Source of the DNA: Octopus sinensis
Taxonomy: Eukaryota
Assembly (NCBI RefSeq): GCF_006345805.1
Contig: NC_043019.1
Span: forward strand, 13,329,360-13,393,359
Length of the DNA stretch: 64,000 nucleotides
Direction: 5' to 3'
The stretch's first letter is position 1. Every line of letters starts with the position of its first letter. The notes beneath the pieces were generated by a model. The model was not told where the DNA came from. It saw nothing but the letters and a program-made list of their open reading frames with translations, and did no database searches. The position numbers and the translations under genes are program-made. Below are positions 12,880 to 25,455 of the stretch, piece by piece.

Positions 12880-13628
12880 AATATTCACATTTACATATCT
12901 ATAAGTACACACATACACACGCACACATATATATATATCTACATAAACACGTATGCATACACACGTGTATACATACACACATATATATCCATACACACAC
13001 ACACACATACACACACGTGCACACACTGCTCTATTCATACAGAAAGACCGACTGATGAAGTGAAGATGTCTATATTGATTGAAAAATATCATTGTGTTTA
13101 TGATGTTGAAGTGACAGCACATATATATATATATATCATAGGTGTGTGTATAGGTGTGTGTATATGTATGTGTGTATATAGGTGTGTGTATATGTATGTG
13201 TGTATGTAGAGGAGAGTGAGAGTAAGAGATGATGGTAAGTCCTTCTCTGTAAAGGTTCTTCCCCTTTCTTTAATAGCTCGCCATTTTTCCAAAGTGGAAC
13301 GGTTTTGCATTCTCTTTTGTTTTCCCCCAAAACCTGCCCTCCCACGTCACCCTCCCCGCATATATATATCTCTCTTGCTGTATACCATTACAGGTAATCA
13401 GTTTGTATTTTGATAAACTTGACAGCCAGTGTAATCAATTACATATATCATTGACAGCAGCTAATAGTCGGTGTTTGTGTGTGTGTGTCTGTGTGTGTGT
13501 GTGTGTGTGTGTTTGAGAGCAAGAGAGAGAGAGAAGGAGAATCAGCTATTGTTTGTAGGCATTTTCTGTTCTACAGCAGCCAAAGAAACACACACACACA
13601 GACTTATGTATGTATGTATGTATATATG

Positions 13629-13672
<44 letters not shown>

Positions 13673-14339
13673 TCACACACAAGCACATACATACACTCGC
13701 ACACATACATGTACACACACACACATGTCTATACATTCATATACATGTCTTGTAATTTGAATTTTTGGGAGCGTTGAGTACCTATCATTCTATGTTGGAA
13801 TATATAAATCAATTTATACCTACAGACGCACACACACACACACATATATACATAATTTTACATGTGTGTATATATACACACATACACAGATACTTACACA
13901 TATATATATATACACACGCACACATATATACACACATACAGATACATAGATATATGCATACACACACACATGCACACATATACATACACACATATATATC
14001 TACATATATAGACATATACATATATACATGCACACACGTGTCAGTTTGTACAGAATTGCATATATATATATATATAGAAAGCTGATTATACACTCTTCCT
14101 GCATTGAATTCCTTCTAATGTACTCCACACAGACTTCTACACTGTGTCTTAAACCACAACATACCATAACACTGTCACTGAAGCGTAACATCGTATTCCA
14201 TAAAACAATGTTATACTTTTTACCTTATTTATATAAAGTTTCATCCATTCCGTTTCACTATCTGTGATACCCCACTGCATACTGCACGATATTGACATGG
14301 TTGTCGTCGTCGTTGTCACCATCGTCATCATCTTCGATT

Positions 14340-14640
14340 CTTCTTCTTTTCTTCTTCTTCTTCTTCTTCTTCTTCCTTTTCTTCTTCTTCTGTTTCGTCT
14401 TCCTTCTTCTTCCACTTCTTCTCCTTCCTCCTCCTCCTCCTTCTTCTTCCTCCTCTTCTTTTCTTCTTCCTCTACTTCTCCTTCTTCCTCTCCTTCTCTT
14501 TCTTCTTCCTCCTCCTCTTCTTAATCTTCTTCCTCTTGTTCTTCCTCTTCTTCATCTTCCTTTTCTTTTTCTTCATATTCTTCCTCTACTTCTCTTTCTT
14601 CTTCTTCTTCTTCCTCCTCCCCTTCTTCTTCTTCTTCGTT
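14340..14640. repeat. (CTT)n/(CCT)n polypyrimidine tract
   Basis: Direct reading. Confidence 0.95.
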
Positions 14641-15018
14641 TCCTGTCCTCATTTCCATGTTCGTATCCGTGTCAAATGGAATTTGTTGATACAGAGTTTT
14701 CTCCGGTTGGATGCCCTTCTCATTGTAGACAATTCTTACCCGTTTCCAAGCAAGGTAATGTTTCCCCCCTTGGCCAAATAAAAAAAAACTGAATTGACTG
14801 GAGCCTTGCTGTTCTCAATATGATCTGTCCACCACCTCAGAATTGAAACCGGTGCTGGTGCCACAGGAAAATCACTCCTGCTGCTGTCCTTCTGTGGTAA
14901 GCATTGAGCCAACAACCGTGACATTTGTTACCATTTCCTACTAACGAGTTATCCCCATAGCTCTGCACTTTCAAAGCTGATTGAAATGAAAAAAAAAAGA
15001 TCAACTTGGAAAAAATTA

Positions 15019-15425
15019 AGGTGTAGGAGTGGCTGTGTGGTAAGTAGCTTGCTTACCAACCACATGGTTCCGGGTTCAGTCCCACTGTGTGGCAAGCGTC
15101 TTCTACTATAGCCTTGGGCCGACCAAAGCCTTGTGAGTCAATTTCGTAGACGGAAACTGAAAGAAGCCCGTCGTATATATGTATATATATATATATATGT
15201 ATGCGTGTGTATATGTTTGTATGTCTGTGTTTGTCCCCCAACATTGCTTGACAACCGATGCTGGTGTGTTTACGTCCCCGTAACTTAGTGGTTCAGCAAA
15301 AGAGACTGATAGAATAAGTAGTAGGCTTACAAAGAATAAGTCCTGGGGTCGATTTGCTCGACTAAAGGCGGTGCTCCAGCATGGCCACAGTCAAAAGACT
15401 GAAACAAGTGAAAGAGTAAAAGAGT
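15019..15425 (+). mobile_element. SINE family A, full length
   Basis: Same architecture as 11860-12310. Confidence 0.92.
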
Positions 15426-16029
15426 ATTACGAAAGAAAAGGTGAAAAACAAAAAAGGATCAACTTGGAAAAAATTAGGGCATTACAACAGAAAAGGTATC
15501 TTAGCTAGGAAAACAAGCCCTCGATACATATTTACCCAAACCCCTACTTATCACAACCGAAAAAGGAATGATGGAAGACAAATAAACAAACAATGGAATA
15601 CAACATGGTTAGCTTGAGTTTTTCATGGTTGCATTTCCACTAAATTCATCAATATTTAAATTGAGATTTAAGGGTTGCCGTTCAGTATCCGATATATCGG
15701 TCGAAGCCAGTAGTAGCTACTGAACCTCTTCATAGCTGTCTACTTCGGCCGTTATTTATGGCGCTCTTTCCGCGGTGCAACGGCTCTCGAAACTCATCAG
15801 ACAGAGTCACGACACTGCAATAAATCCAAACTGGAAATGATTTGTGTTAATATCCGACGAGGTAAGTTCATCCGCATTAACACTGGCCTCCTTGACACGG
15901 CAAAGAGAGCCAAGCAATCTCCTGGAAGATTTACTTGTTTCGAATAATTTTCTTTATGAATCTGTAATGTCATAGTTTACTATGCTGCTTCAGTTGCCGC
16001 TGCTGAGCTTCCTAAGGTCACTTCTGATT

Positions 16030-16543
16030 TAAAGAAATTTACGATTAGAATACAGTCCAGCCATGGCCATCACCTGTCATGTTTTCAAGCTGAATACATC
16101 GTGGGCCACATCATTCTCGTATCAGTTCTCTTTACTCTTTTACTCTTTTACGTGTTTCAGTCATTTGACTGCGGCCATGCTGGAGCACCACCTTTAATCG
16201 AGCAACTCGACCCCCGGGACTTATTCTTTTGTAAGCCCAGTACTTAATCTATCGGTCTCTTTTGCTGAACCGCTAAGTAACGGGGACATAAAGAAATTTA
16301 TGATTAGAATACAGTCCAGCCATGGCCATCACCTGTCACGTTTTCAAGCTGAATACATTGTGGGCCACATCATTCCCACATCAGTTCTCTTTACTCTTTT
16401 ACTTGTTTCAGTCATTTGACTGCGGCCATGCTGGAGCACCGCCTTTAATCGAGCTACTCAACCCTGGAACTTATTCTTTTTGTAAGCCCAGTACTTAATC
16501 TGTCAGTCTCTTTTGCTGAACCGCTAAGTAACGGGGACATAAA
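16030..16543. repeat. Tandem duplication of about 255 bp (unique DNA plus the 3' end of a minus-strand SINE A)
   Basis: AAAGAAATTTA(C/T)GATTAGAATACAGTCCAGCCATGG starts at 16031 and 16290. Both units end CGGGGACATAAA. Confidence 0.9.
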
Positions 16544-16611
16544 CACACCAGCATCGGTTGTCAAGCAATGCTAGGGGTACAAACACACACACGCATATAC
16601 ATATATATAAC

Positions 16612-17152
16612 ACCGGGCGAAATGCTTAGCGGTATTTCGTCTACCGCTATGTTCTGAGTTCAATTTCCACTGAGGTCAACTTCGCCTTTCATCCTTTCGG
16701 GGTCGATTAAATAAGTACCAGTTACACACTGGGGTCGATATAATCAACTTAATCCATTTGTCTGTCCTTGTTTGTCCTCTCTGTGTTTAGCCCCTTGCAG
16801 GTAGTAAAGAAATAGGTACTGGCAACGACCTCGCTCGAATCTTTTTACACATGCCACCGGCACAGGTGCCAGTAAGGCGACGCTAGTACCGATCACGCTC
16901 AAATGGTGCCTTTTGCATGCCACCGGCACAGAAGCCAGTTAGCTGCTCTGGCAACAATCATGCTTGGATGGTGCTCTTAGCACCCTACTAGTACAGGGCA
17001 CAAGTACCAGTAAGGCGATGCTGGTAAAGATCACACTCGAACGGTGCCCTTTTATGAGCTACTGGCACGGAAGCTGGTAAGCCGCTCTGTCAACGATCAC
17101 ACTCGGATGGTGCTCTTTGCACCCAGCTAGCACGGATGACAGTCATCGAATT
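16612..17152. mobile_element. SINE B (+, 16612-16815) abutting family E subrepeat region (-, 16815-17152)
   Basis: Matches the other B and E copies in the window. Confidence 0.85.
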
Positions 17153-17598
17153 TGATTTTGATTTCAGTATCAGACAAAAGTTCTGGTGCAAACCAATACA
17201 AGAAGTCACTGAGGGTTTTTCTTTTTTATTTTTTAATTTTTCCTGCCTTTTATTTTACCATATTTTACCACATTTCATCAGAACTTTTATTTTATAATAT
17301 TTTCTGTTGTTTCATCTCGGCTGTTTTGGTGAACACGTCATTATAGGTTTAACATCGTTAGTAATAAATATCCAGAGTTAAAGGGTTAAAAACCAGTGTG
17401 TAATATGTAATTAACCAGACTGTTTATTACCAACGTAAGATGATTATGATTTTCTGGACGATTAATTGCTATCGTTTGAGATGAAAGGTTTTCCCAACAT
17501 TTATTTACTCTGCAAGCAGCATTTGTGTTTTAATCAGTTTCAATTGTCTGCTGCAGCAACCTTGTGGAGAAAGATGTTTACTATTATTGTTATTACTT

Positions 17599-17635
<37 letters not shown>

Positions 17636-17734
17636 CAGCAGCAGCAGCAACAGCAGTAGTAGTAGTAACAGTAGTTGTTGTAGTGGTGGTGGTATACATA
17701 TATACATATATACATATATTTATATAAATATGAT

Positions 17735-17893
17735 TAGTTTCTTTCAGTTTCCATCCACCAAATCCACTCACAAGGCTTTGGTCAACTCGAAGCTATAGTA
17801 AGAAGACACATGTCCAAGGTACCATACAGCGGGACTGAACTAGGAACCATGTGGTTGGGAAGCAAGCTTGTTACCACACAGCCACACCTGTGC
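17735..17893 (-). mobile_element. SINE family A, 5' half
   Basis: CTTTCAGTTTCC...AATCCACTCACAAGGCTTTGG...GGGACTGAAC...ACCACACAGCCAC. Confidence 0.85.
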
Positions 17894-19499
17894 CTTTGTT
17901 ATTTCCCAAATTAATTGAAACAAAAGCAGTGTATTTTGGCAGAAATATGGTTAACAAAAGGGTTAAATATGTCTGTGTGTCTTGACACAATGGAGGGTGT
18001 ATTTGATCTGGGAGAGGCCCTTAAGGGTTTAGCTGATATATTAGCAGGTTAACTGATATTTTACGCAGTAACTCCCACACCATCTCCACCACCATAGCCA
18101 CATATCTGATTCAGCTACAAGTTGCCAAATCTCTTCAAGTGTTGCTAGGGGTGCGTGCGGTAAGGGTTGGGATGGGGGGGTTGGGGTTTGGGGTCAGCGC
18201 GGGTCAGGTTGAATGGGGCGGAGGATTGGTGGTGGGGGGAAGGTGTTTGCAGGTTTCAGCCACTGCTTTGTGGCTCACGCAACAAACCTGTCGGATATTC
18301 ACTACAGTAAATCATAGCCATTAATCAAAAGTTCCGCCAAAATGGTTCAGAAAGAATTGTGTGTGTATGCGCACGTGCATTTTTGAGTGTATGTGTGCGC
18401 ACGTGCGTGTTGGCATGTGTGTGGGTTGATGCTGTGTGTGTATAAGTATATGCATGTTACTGTGTGTTTGTGTATGTATTGGCTTTGTCTATGTTTGTGT
18501 ATATTTATGTGTGTGTGTGTGTGCTTGTTGATGCAATGTGTATAAGTAAGCGTATATATGTTAATGATTGTGTGTATGTGTGCATCCATGCATTGGTGTG
18601 TGTGCATGTGCATTTTTGAGTGTGTGTGGGCTGATACAGTGTCTGTATAAACATACATGCTAGTGTGTATTGGTTGTGTCTATGTGTGTGTGTATTTTGA
18701 TGCAATGTGTATAAGTGAACATGTATACGTTAGTACTTGTGTATATGTGTGCATCCATGCATTGGTGTGTGTGTGTACGTGTTAGTGTCTGTGCACGTGT
18801 TGGTGCGTGCATGCGTATCGGCAGAATGTGTATGCGGAAGCATCCGTGTGTGAGCATACGTATATAAGTGTGTGCATGTTTGTCTATGCACATATGTGTA
18901 TATGTGTGTTTTTTGTATATGTGTGCACATGCATGTGTGTGCATACATGGATGTATATGTCTGCGTGCAATCATAAATCTGCATGTATGCTTGCGTGTGT
19001 ATTTGCGTAACCGAGATGTGTATCTGTATGTATATGTGTAGATTTGTGTACGTGTATGCGTAGGAGGGTTATGGTGGTGGCGGCGGTGGTGTTGCCTTTA
19101 TGTAAATAAGCTGTGATAAATCTCACACCAAACGGTGACGGAGTGGTGCAGGGGTGTGGGGGGGGACCAGGTGCGTTTTGGGGTGGGTTTGTGTCGAATA
19201 TTTGGTTAATCAATGTCAATAATAACATAATGGAATAATTAATTTATCTTTGGCTTTTTGTTCTCGACCGAACCATTCATCATCACCGGCCATCTTTATT
19301 TAATATCGCACGTCACCCCCCCCAACCAACACCACCACCACCACCAACATTGCCAACACCACCGCCGCCAACATCACCTTCACCACCATCACTGTCACTC
19401 CCATTGACATCACTGTCATCATCATCATCATCATTATCATCATCATCACCAACATAACCACCATTACCTTCGTCAGCACCACAGTAATCCCTCGACTAT

Positions 19500-19895
19500 C
19501 GCTGGTAAGAAGCTTGCTTCCAAACTGCATGGTTCTGGGTTCAGTCCCTCCGGGTGGCACCTTCGGCACCTGCTGCTTACGATGATGGCCTTGAGTTGAA
19601 GAAAGCCCTGTGAGTGGATTTGGTAGACGGAACGTGAACGAAGCCTTTTGGGATGGATGGAGGGTGGGGTGGGGGGTGTTTTGCGTTCGTCTTCTACCAC
19701 TGCTTGACAACCGGTGCTGGTTTGTTTACATCCCTGTAACTTAATATTTCGACAACAACAGCAACAACAGCAAAAACAGATCCAAAGAAGTACCAGGAGA
19801 AGGGAGAAAAATAGCTACTGGGGTTGGTTGGTTTGACTAAACACCGCGAGGTAATGCCCCAGCATGGCCCCTGTCTAAAGAGTGAAACAAGTAAG
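19500..19895 (+). mobile_element. SINE family A, diverged
   Basis: TGGTAAGAAGCTTGCTTCC...GGTTCAGTCCC...GTGGATTTGGTAGACGG...CCAGCATGGCC. Confidence 0.75.
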
Positions 19896-20079
19896 ATAGA
19901 AGCTCTCTCTCTCTCTCTCTACATATGTGTGTGTGTGTGTTTGTAGCTTTGACAAAAAACCTAAAGTAATTGTAATTAAGTTGAAGCAAAGACCAAATAC
20001 GTTGTGGGTTTAATTGGCAAAATATGACCATCCCCACCAAATATAACAATATATGTACACACACACACACTCACACACA

Positions 20080-20640
20080 CAGAAGGCACTTGAATACACC
20101 CCCTCCACTCATATGTATACATGAATGTATACATTCACAACAGTACATATACATGTATTCACAGAGCCCCATCCACCCATACATGCATTAACACACTCAC
20201 AACACCAAACACACAGTCATATGTATACACACACACACATCACACTTGAATATACCCTCCCACACACACACATACATGCATGCATACATTCACATATACA
20301 TGTATTCACAGACCCCCTCCCACCCATACGAGAATTAACACACTCACAACAGCAAACACACATATGTACACACACACGTACACACACACACACACACACA
20401 CATATCACACTTGAACATACCCCCACACATATACATGCATACATGCATTCACAGACCCACCCACCCATACATGCATTAATACACTCACTCACAACAGCAA
20501 CCACACATATGTATGCACACGCACACACACACACACACACACACGCATGCATGCCTACATTCACAGTCGCACATGCATATATCCACAGACCTCCCCACCC
20601 ATACATGCATTAGCTCACTCACAACAGCAAGCACATTTGT
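20080..20640. repeat. Degenerate tandem repeat of about 140 bp, 4 copies, in CA-rich DNA
   Basis: CCACCCATAC at 20173, 20320, 20461 and 20595, each followed by a CACTCACAACA motif. Confidence 0.75.
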
Positions 20641-20643
20641 ATG

Positions 20644-20684
<41 letters not shown>

Positions 20685-20843
20685 ACACACACACACATAC
20701 ATACACACACACACATACACATACACACACACACACATACACACACAACACACATACACACACACACATACACACACACACACACATACACATACACACA
20801 CACACACATACACACACACACATACACACACACATATACACAC

Positions 20844-20904
<61 letters not shown>

Positions 20905-21259
20905 TATATAAAACACTTGCACGTATTCTTACGTAACTGCATTCATGCGTATATTCATAAACACACACACACACACAAACACACACACAAACACACGCAT
21001 ACATACATTCACAGTTCACAGACCCGTTCATGCACGCAATGCATCGGTACGCTCACTCATGCAAATCACTTGCTTCTAATGCACACCTAGACACCCCCCC
21101 ACACACACACACATACATGCACACACACACACACACACAGACTCATACACATGCATACTTATCCACACGCACGCATGCAGACACGCACCAGGTATCACGT
21201 TAGCAATTGGTAGGTAAAATGGCAAAATCTTTTCCTCATAAATCAAGTGTAATTTCAAG

Positions 21260-21605
21260 TATGCTGGTGGCATGTAAGAGAACTTTCCGTTTCGCGACCA
21301 TTGCCAGCACCGCCCCGTTTCGTGTCCGTTGCCAGCCTCGCCTGGCCCTCGTGCCGGTGGCACATAAAAAGCACCATCCGTTCGTGGCCGTTTGCCGGCT
21401 CTGTCTGGCACCAGTGCGGGTGGCACGTGAAAAGCACCCACTACACTCACGGAGTGGTTGGCGTTAGGAAGGGCATCCAGCTGTAGAAACACTGCCAGAT
21501 TTGACTGGGCCTGATGAAGCCTTCTGGCTTCACAGACCCCAGTAGAACCGTCCAACCCATGCTAGCATGGAAAACGGACGCTAAACGATGATGATGATGA
21601 TGATG
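21260..21605 (+). mobile_element. Retroposon family E, 3' part with (ATG)n tail
   Basis: GTGCCGGTGGCAC subrepeats, GGTTGGCGTTAGGAAGGGCATCCAGCTGTAGAA, CCAACCCATGCTAGCATGGAAAACGGACG and then ATGATGATG. Confidence 0.9.
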
Positions 21606-21862
21606 ACTGTTCACCTGACGTCTTTGATAATGCTGCCATTAATATCATTAATAGTCGTTGTTGTTGTTATTGTTGTTGTTGCTGCTGTTGTTGTTGTTTC
21701 ATTTATCATAACTGCCTCCCACCAACCTCACCAGTGCACCACCACCATGGCCACCACCACCAATTCTATCTTTATCAACACACACATACGCACCTTAATC
21801 ATTGCCAGTAACAACTGCTGCTGCTGTTGTTGTTGCTGCTGCTACTACTACTGCTGCTGCTG

Positions 21863-21895
<33 letters not shown>

Positions 21896-22023
21896 GTCAT
21901 AGTATTATCACTTTTGGCCATAAACATTAAAGTGTGTATGCTTTGCTCCTTTATAAAAACTATCTCTCACACACACACACACATGTAAATTATGCATGTG
22001 TGTATGTGTGTGTGTGTATTTAT

Positions 22024-22240
22024 ACTCTTTACTCTTTTACTTGTTTCAGTCATTTGACTGTGGCCATGCTGGAGCAAATCGACCCCGGGACTTATTCTTT
22101 GTAAGCCTAGTACTTATTCTATCGGTCTTTTTGCCGAACTGCTATGTTACAGGGACGTAAACACACAACCATCGGTTGTCAAGCAATGCTAGGGGGACAA
22201 ACAACACACAAACACATATACATATATATATATATATATA
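22024..22240 (-). mobile_element. SINE family A, 3' half
   Basis: TACTCTTTACTCTTTTACTTGTTTCAGTCATTTGACTG...GGGGGACAAAC. Confidence 0.88.
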
Positions 22241-22391
22241 TAGGGTGGGAAGGGGTGTTGACACAATCGTTTCATTCACAAATTGAATTCGGTGATACCA
22301 GTTGCGGATTCTAGCTCGGTCTGATACTGAGTTGAGTTGGTGCCTTCTGGTATCTCAAAATTCAATATATAATCATTTATGATTATAGTAT

Positions 22392-22496
22392 TCTATGCTG
22401 AAGAGAAAAGAAGTTTCGGTAAGATAGAATTATTTAATATTTAATATTTAATTCTTATGCTTTCAAAAACTTGATTTCGAAACGTACGTCCGTGGA
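22392..22496 (+). ncRNA. Type I hammerhead ribozyme motif with intact catalytic core (probably from a Penelope-like or retrozyme-type repeat)
   Basis: Stem I UCUAUG/CGUGGA; CUGAAGA at 22398-22404; stem II GAAA/UUUC extended by AAGUUU/AAACUU and AGAAUUA/UAAUUCU; GAAA at 22479-22482; palindromic stem III ACGUACGU; cleavage triplet GUC ending at 22490. Confidence 0.78.
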
Positions 22497-22689
22497 TAAC
22501 TAAAAAAATGTATGATAGATTGCAGTCAATTCATTCTCTCTTACCTGTTTGTGGTCTGCCTCCAAATGCTGTTTTACTGAGATCTCCCTTTGTAGTAGAA
22601 GAAATAGCTATAACCCTTGACTGCTATTTCTAAATTCGGTATGTGGTAAGCAACTCGTTGCTAAACCCTTATTGCTTAGTATATATATA

Positions 22690-23563
22690 TACATATATAC
22701 GACAGGCTTCTTTCAGTTTCCGTCTACCAAATCCACTCACAAGGCTTTGGTCGCCGGAGGCTATAGTAGAAGACACTTGCCCAAGGTGCCACGCAGTGGG
22801 ACTGAACCCGGAACCATGTAGTTGGTAAGCAAGCTACTTATCACACAGCCACTCCTACTCTCTTTATTTGTTTCAGTCATTTGACTGTGGCCATGCTGGA
22901 GCACCGCCTTTAGTCGAGCAAATTGGCCCCAGGACTTATTCTTTGTAAGCCTAGTACTTATTCTATCGGTCTATTTTGCCGAACTGCAAAGTTACGAGAG
23001 ACATAAATACACCAGCATCGGTTGTCAAGCGATGCTGGGGGGGGGGAGGGGAAAAACACAGACGCACACAAACACACGCACACACACATATATATACATA
23101 TATACGACGGGCTTCTTTCAGTTTCCGGCACTTATGTTATACCAAACTTTCTTGGAGTGGTTTAGGTACAAGCAGTGTGTGTGTGTATGTGCATGCATAT
23201 AGATATATTCTTTTACCTGTTACAGTTGTTTGTCTGTGACCATGCTGGACCACTGCCCTGAAGGGTTTTAGCCAAACAAATCAACTCCAGGATTTTTTTT
23301 TTTTAAAGCCTAGTATTTATTTTATCAGTAACTTTTGCCGAACTGCTACTGCACAGGGACATAAACACACACATAAACATATATATATATATATAGCTTT
23401 ATACGAGTGGTTTCTTCGAGTTTCCATGTGCCAAATCCACTCACAAGGCTTTGGTCGACACGAGGCTATAGTAGAGGACACTTGCCCAAGGTGCCACGCT
23501 GTGGGACTGAACCCAGAACCATGTGGTTGGGAAGCAAGCATCCTACCACACAGCCACGCCTGC
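22690..23563 (-). mobile_element. Three consecutive minus-strand SINE A copies or fragments (22690-22857, 22856-23127, 23210-23563)
   Basis: Matches the family A consensus seen elsewhere in the window. Confidence 0.85.
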
Positions 23564-23976
23564 ACTTTATGCATACATATACAAACCTATACCGGCATTC
23601 AAATATGTATCTATATATATACGCACACAAACACATACACACACATATACAAGAACTCATGTGTATGTATGTATACAAAGGCTTTCTGTTTGATTTACAC
23701 CCTTTGAATTCTTTAATAAACTAATTAAATTTGATTACTCATCCTCATACAATTATTCACTTGTTGAGAGAGAGAGAGAGAGACAGGCAGACAGACAGAG
23801 AGAAAGGTTAAGAGAGAGAAATAGAGAGATGCCAAATAGTACATTCCTTTCACGCCATCCACCGTAGATGTTAGATTACTAACGATGATAACGAAGATGA
23901 TGAGGACGATAACAATGACAGAACCAACAACTGGGAGTGGAATGAGTAATCCTCGAATATGTGTGAGCGTGTGTGT

Positions 23977-24120
23977 GTGTGGTAAGAATCTTGCTTCTGA
24001 ATCTCATGGTTCTGGGTTCAGTCCCACTGCATGGCACTTTGGGCAAGTCTCTTCTATGGCCTCAGGTTGACCAAAGCTTTGTGAGTGGATTTGGTAAACA
24101 GAAACTGAAAGAAGCCCATT
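23977..24120 (+). mobile_element. SINE family A, 5' half
   Basis: GTGTGGTAAGAATCTTGCTTC...GGAAACTGAAAGAAGCCC-like. Confidence 0.8.
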
Positions 24121-24136
24121 GTGTGTATGTATATGT

Positions 24137-24284
24137 GGAAAAGAATAGTACTCAAATACCGGAGGTAGAGTAATATGCTTTATTATAATTACAACTGCAC
24201 GACGAATGGAATGTGAAACTCTGAGTCGTAGTTTTTTGTGATATTTTTGTGATTTTTTTTTGCTGCTTTTATAATAAAGTATAT
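24137..24284 (+). mobile_element. Short repeat fragment with a degenerate hammerhead motif (24193-24233) between 16-bp inverted repeats
   Basis: ATATGCTTTATTATAA (24173-24188) and TTATAATAAAGTATAT (24269-24284). Inside: AACUGC-ACGACGA-AUG GAA UGU-GAAA-CUCUGAG-UC-GUAGUU. Confidence 0.55.
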
Positions 24285-24372
24285 ATATATATGTGTGCGT
24301 GTGTGTGTGTCTTTGTGTCTGTATTTGTCCCCACCAGTACTCCTTGACCTAAAGTGTCCTTTGCTTTCTTAA

Positions 24373-24593
24373 CCCTTTCGTTACCAACCCAGCCAAAACT
24401 GGCTTAGGTTCTGTAGTACAAATGTCTTGTTTTCATAAGTTTTGCATTAAAATATACCACCAAACCTTAGTCACAATTTATATACCTAACACTAGCTGAA
24501 TGATAACGAAGTTATTTTACTAAATTCTTTGTTATATTTAAAATAATTGAAAGGAGCACAGAGCATCTCAAAATAAATACAGTATTAAAAGGG
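24373..24593. mobile_element. piggyBac-like MITE
   Basis: TTAA|CCCTTTCGTTAC...GTATTAAAAGGG|TTAA: TTAA target duplication and CCC/GGG termini. Confidence 0.8.
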
Positions 24594-25183
24594 TTAAGCC
24601 AGTAGGGTATGACTTGAGGGGGATTTGACTGCTTTTTTCAGTACTACTGGCATGCAGAGGCTCCCTCATTTTGTCTCTCTGTAGTTACTTTATCTGCTTC
24701 TAAATCTCCCTGACAAAATCCCACCCTCACCCCCGTTGCCACTGCCTGTCAGGCAGGGCCCTGTTGGAGGCCTAGGTACAAGGAACTGCTTCCTCTCAAT
24801 AAAGACAAGATTGTCATAACAAGAACACTCGCTCGATTGTGTGTGTTTGTTTTGGACCACCCTACTCGAGGCCTTATCTTGAAAATCTAAGGAAAGGGCC
24901 TCTCTATACTGTTGCTGCCTGATCCTTCCAGAAATGGTAATCTACCTCCAGAAACAATATCTGTTTACTGGTTTAGGTGTGGTTGTGTGGTTGAGAAGCC
25001 TGCTTCTGAACTGTGGGGTTCAATCCCACTGCATGGCACCTTGGGCAAATATCTTCTAATGTATCAAACTTTGGTTAAGTGCCAATGAACGAAACTCTAG
25101 GACCTTGAGTCACTCTGATGCTGTTATTAAATATTAATAAAAATACACATATACTCATATTTTGAGTTTTTTTTTTTGTTTTT

Positions 25184-25455
25184 GCACAGGAGTGGCTGTG
25201 TGGTAAGTAGCTTGCTTACCAACCACATGGTTCCAGGTTCAGTCCCACTGCGTGGCACCTTGGGCAAGTGCCATATACTATAGCCTCGGGCCGACCAAAG
25301 CCTTGTGAGTGGATTTGGTAGATGGAAACTAAAAGAAGCCCATCGTATATATGTATATATATATATATGTGTGTGTGTGTGTGCGTGTGTATGTTTTTGC
25401 CTGTGTTTGCTTGACAACCAATGCTGGTATGTTTATGTCTCCGTCACCTAGTGGA
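25184..25455 (+). mobile_element. SINE family A, 3'-truncated
   Basis: GCACAGGAGTGGCTGTGTGGTAAGTAGC...GCTTGACAACCAATGCTGG. Confidence 0.88.

Noticed and set aside
18163-18240. G-quadruplex-capable G-runs (also 1190-1216)
   Set aside because: Common low-complexity G tracts with no supporting context.
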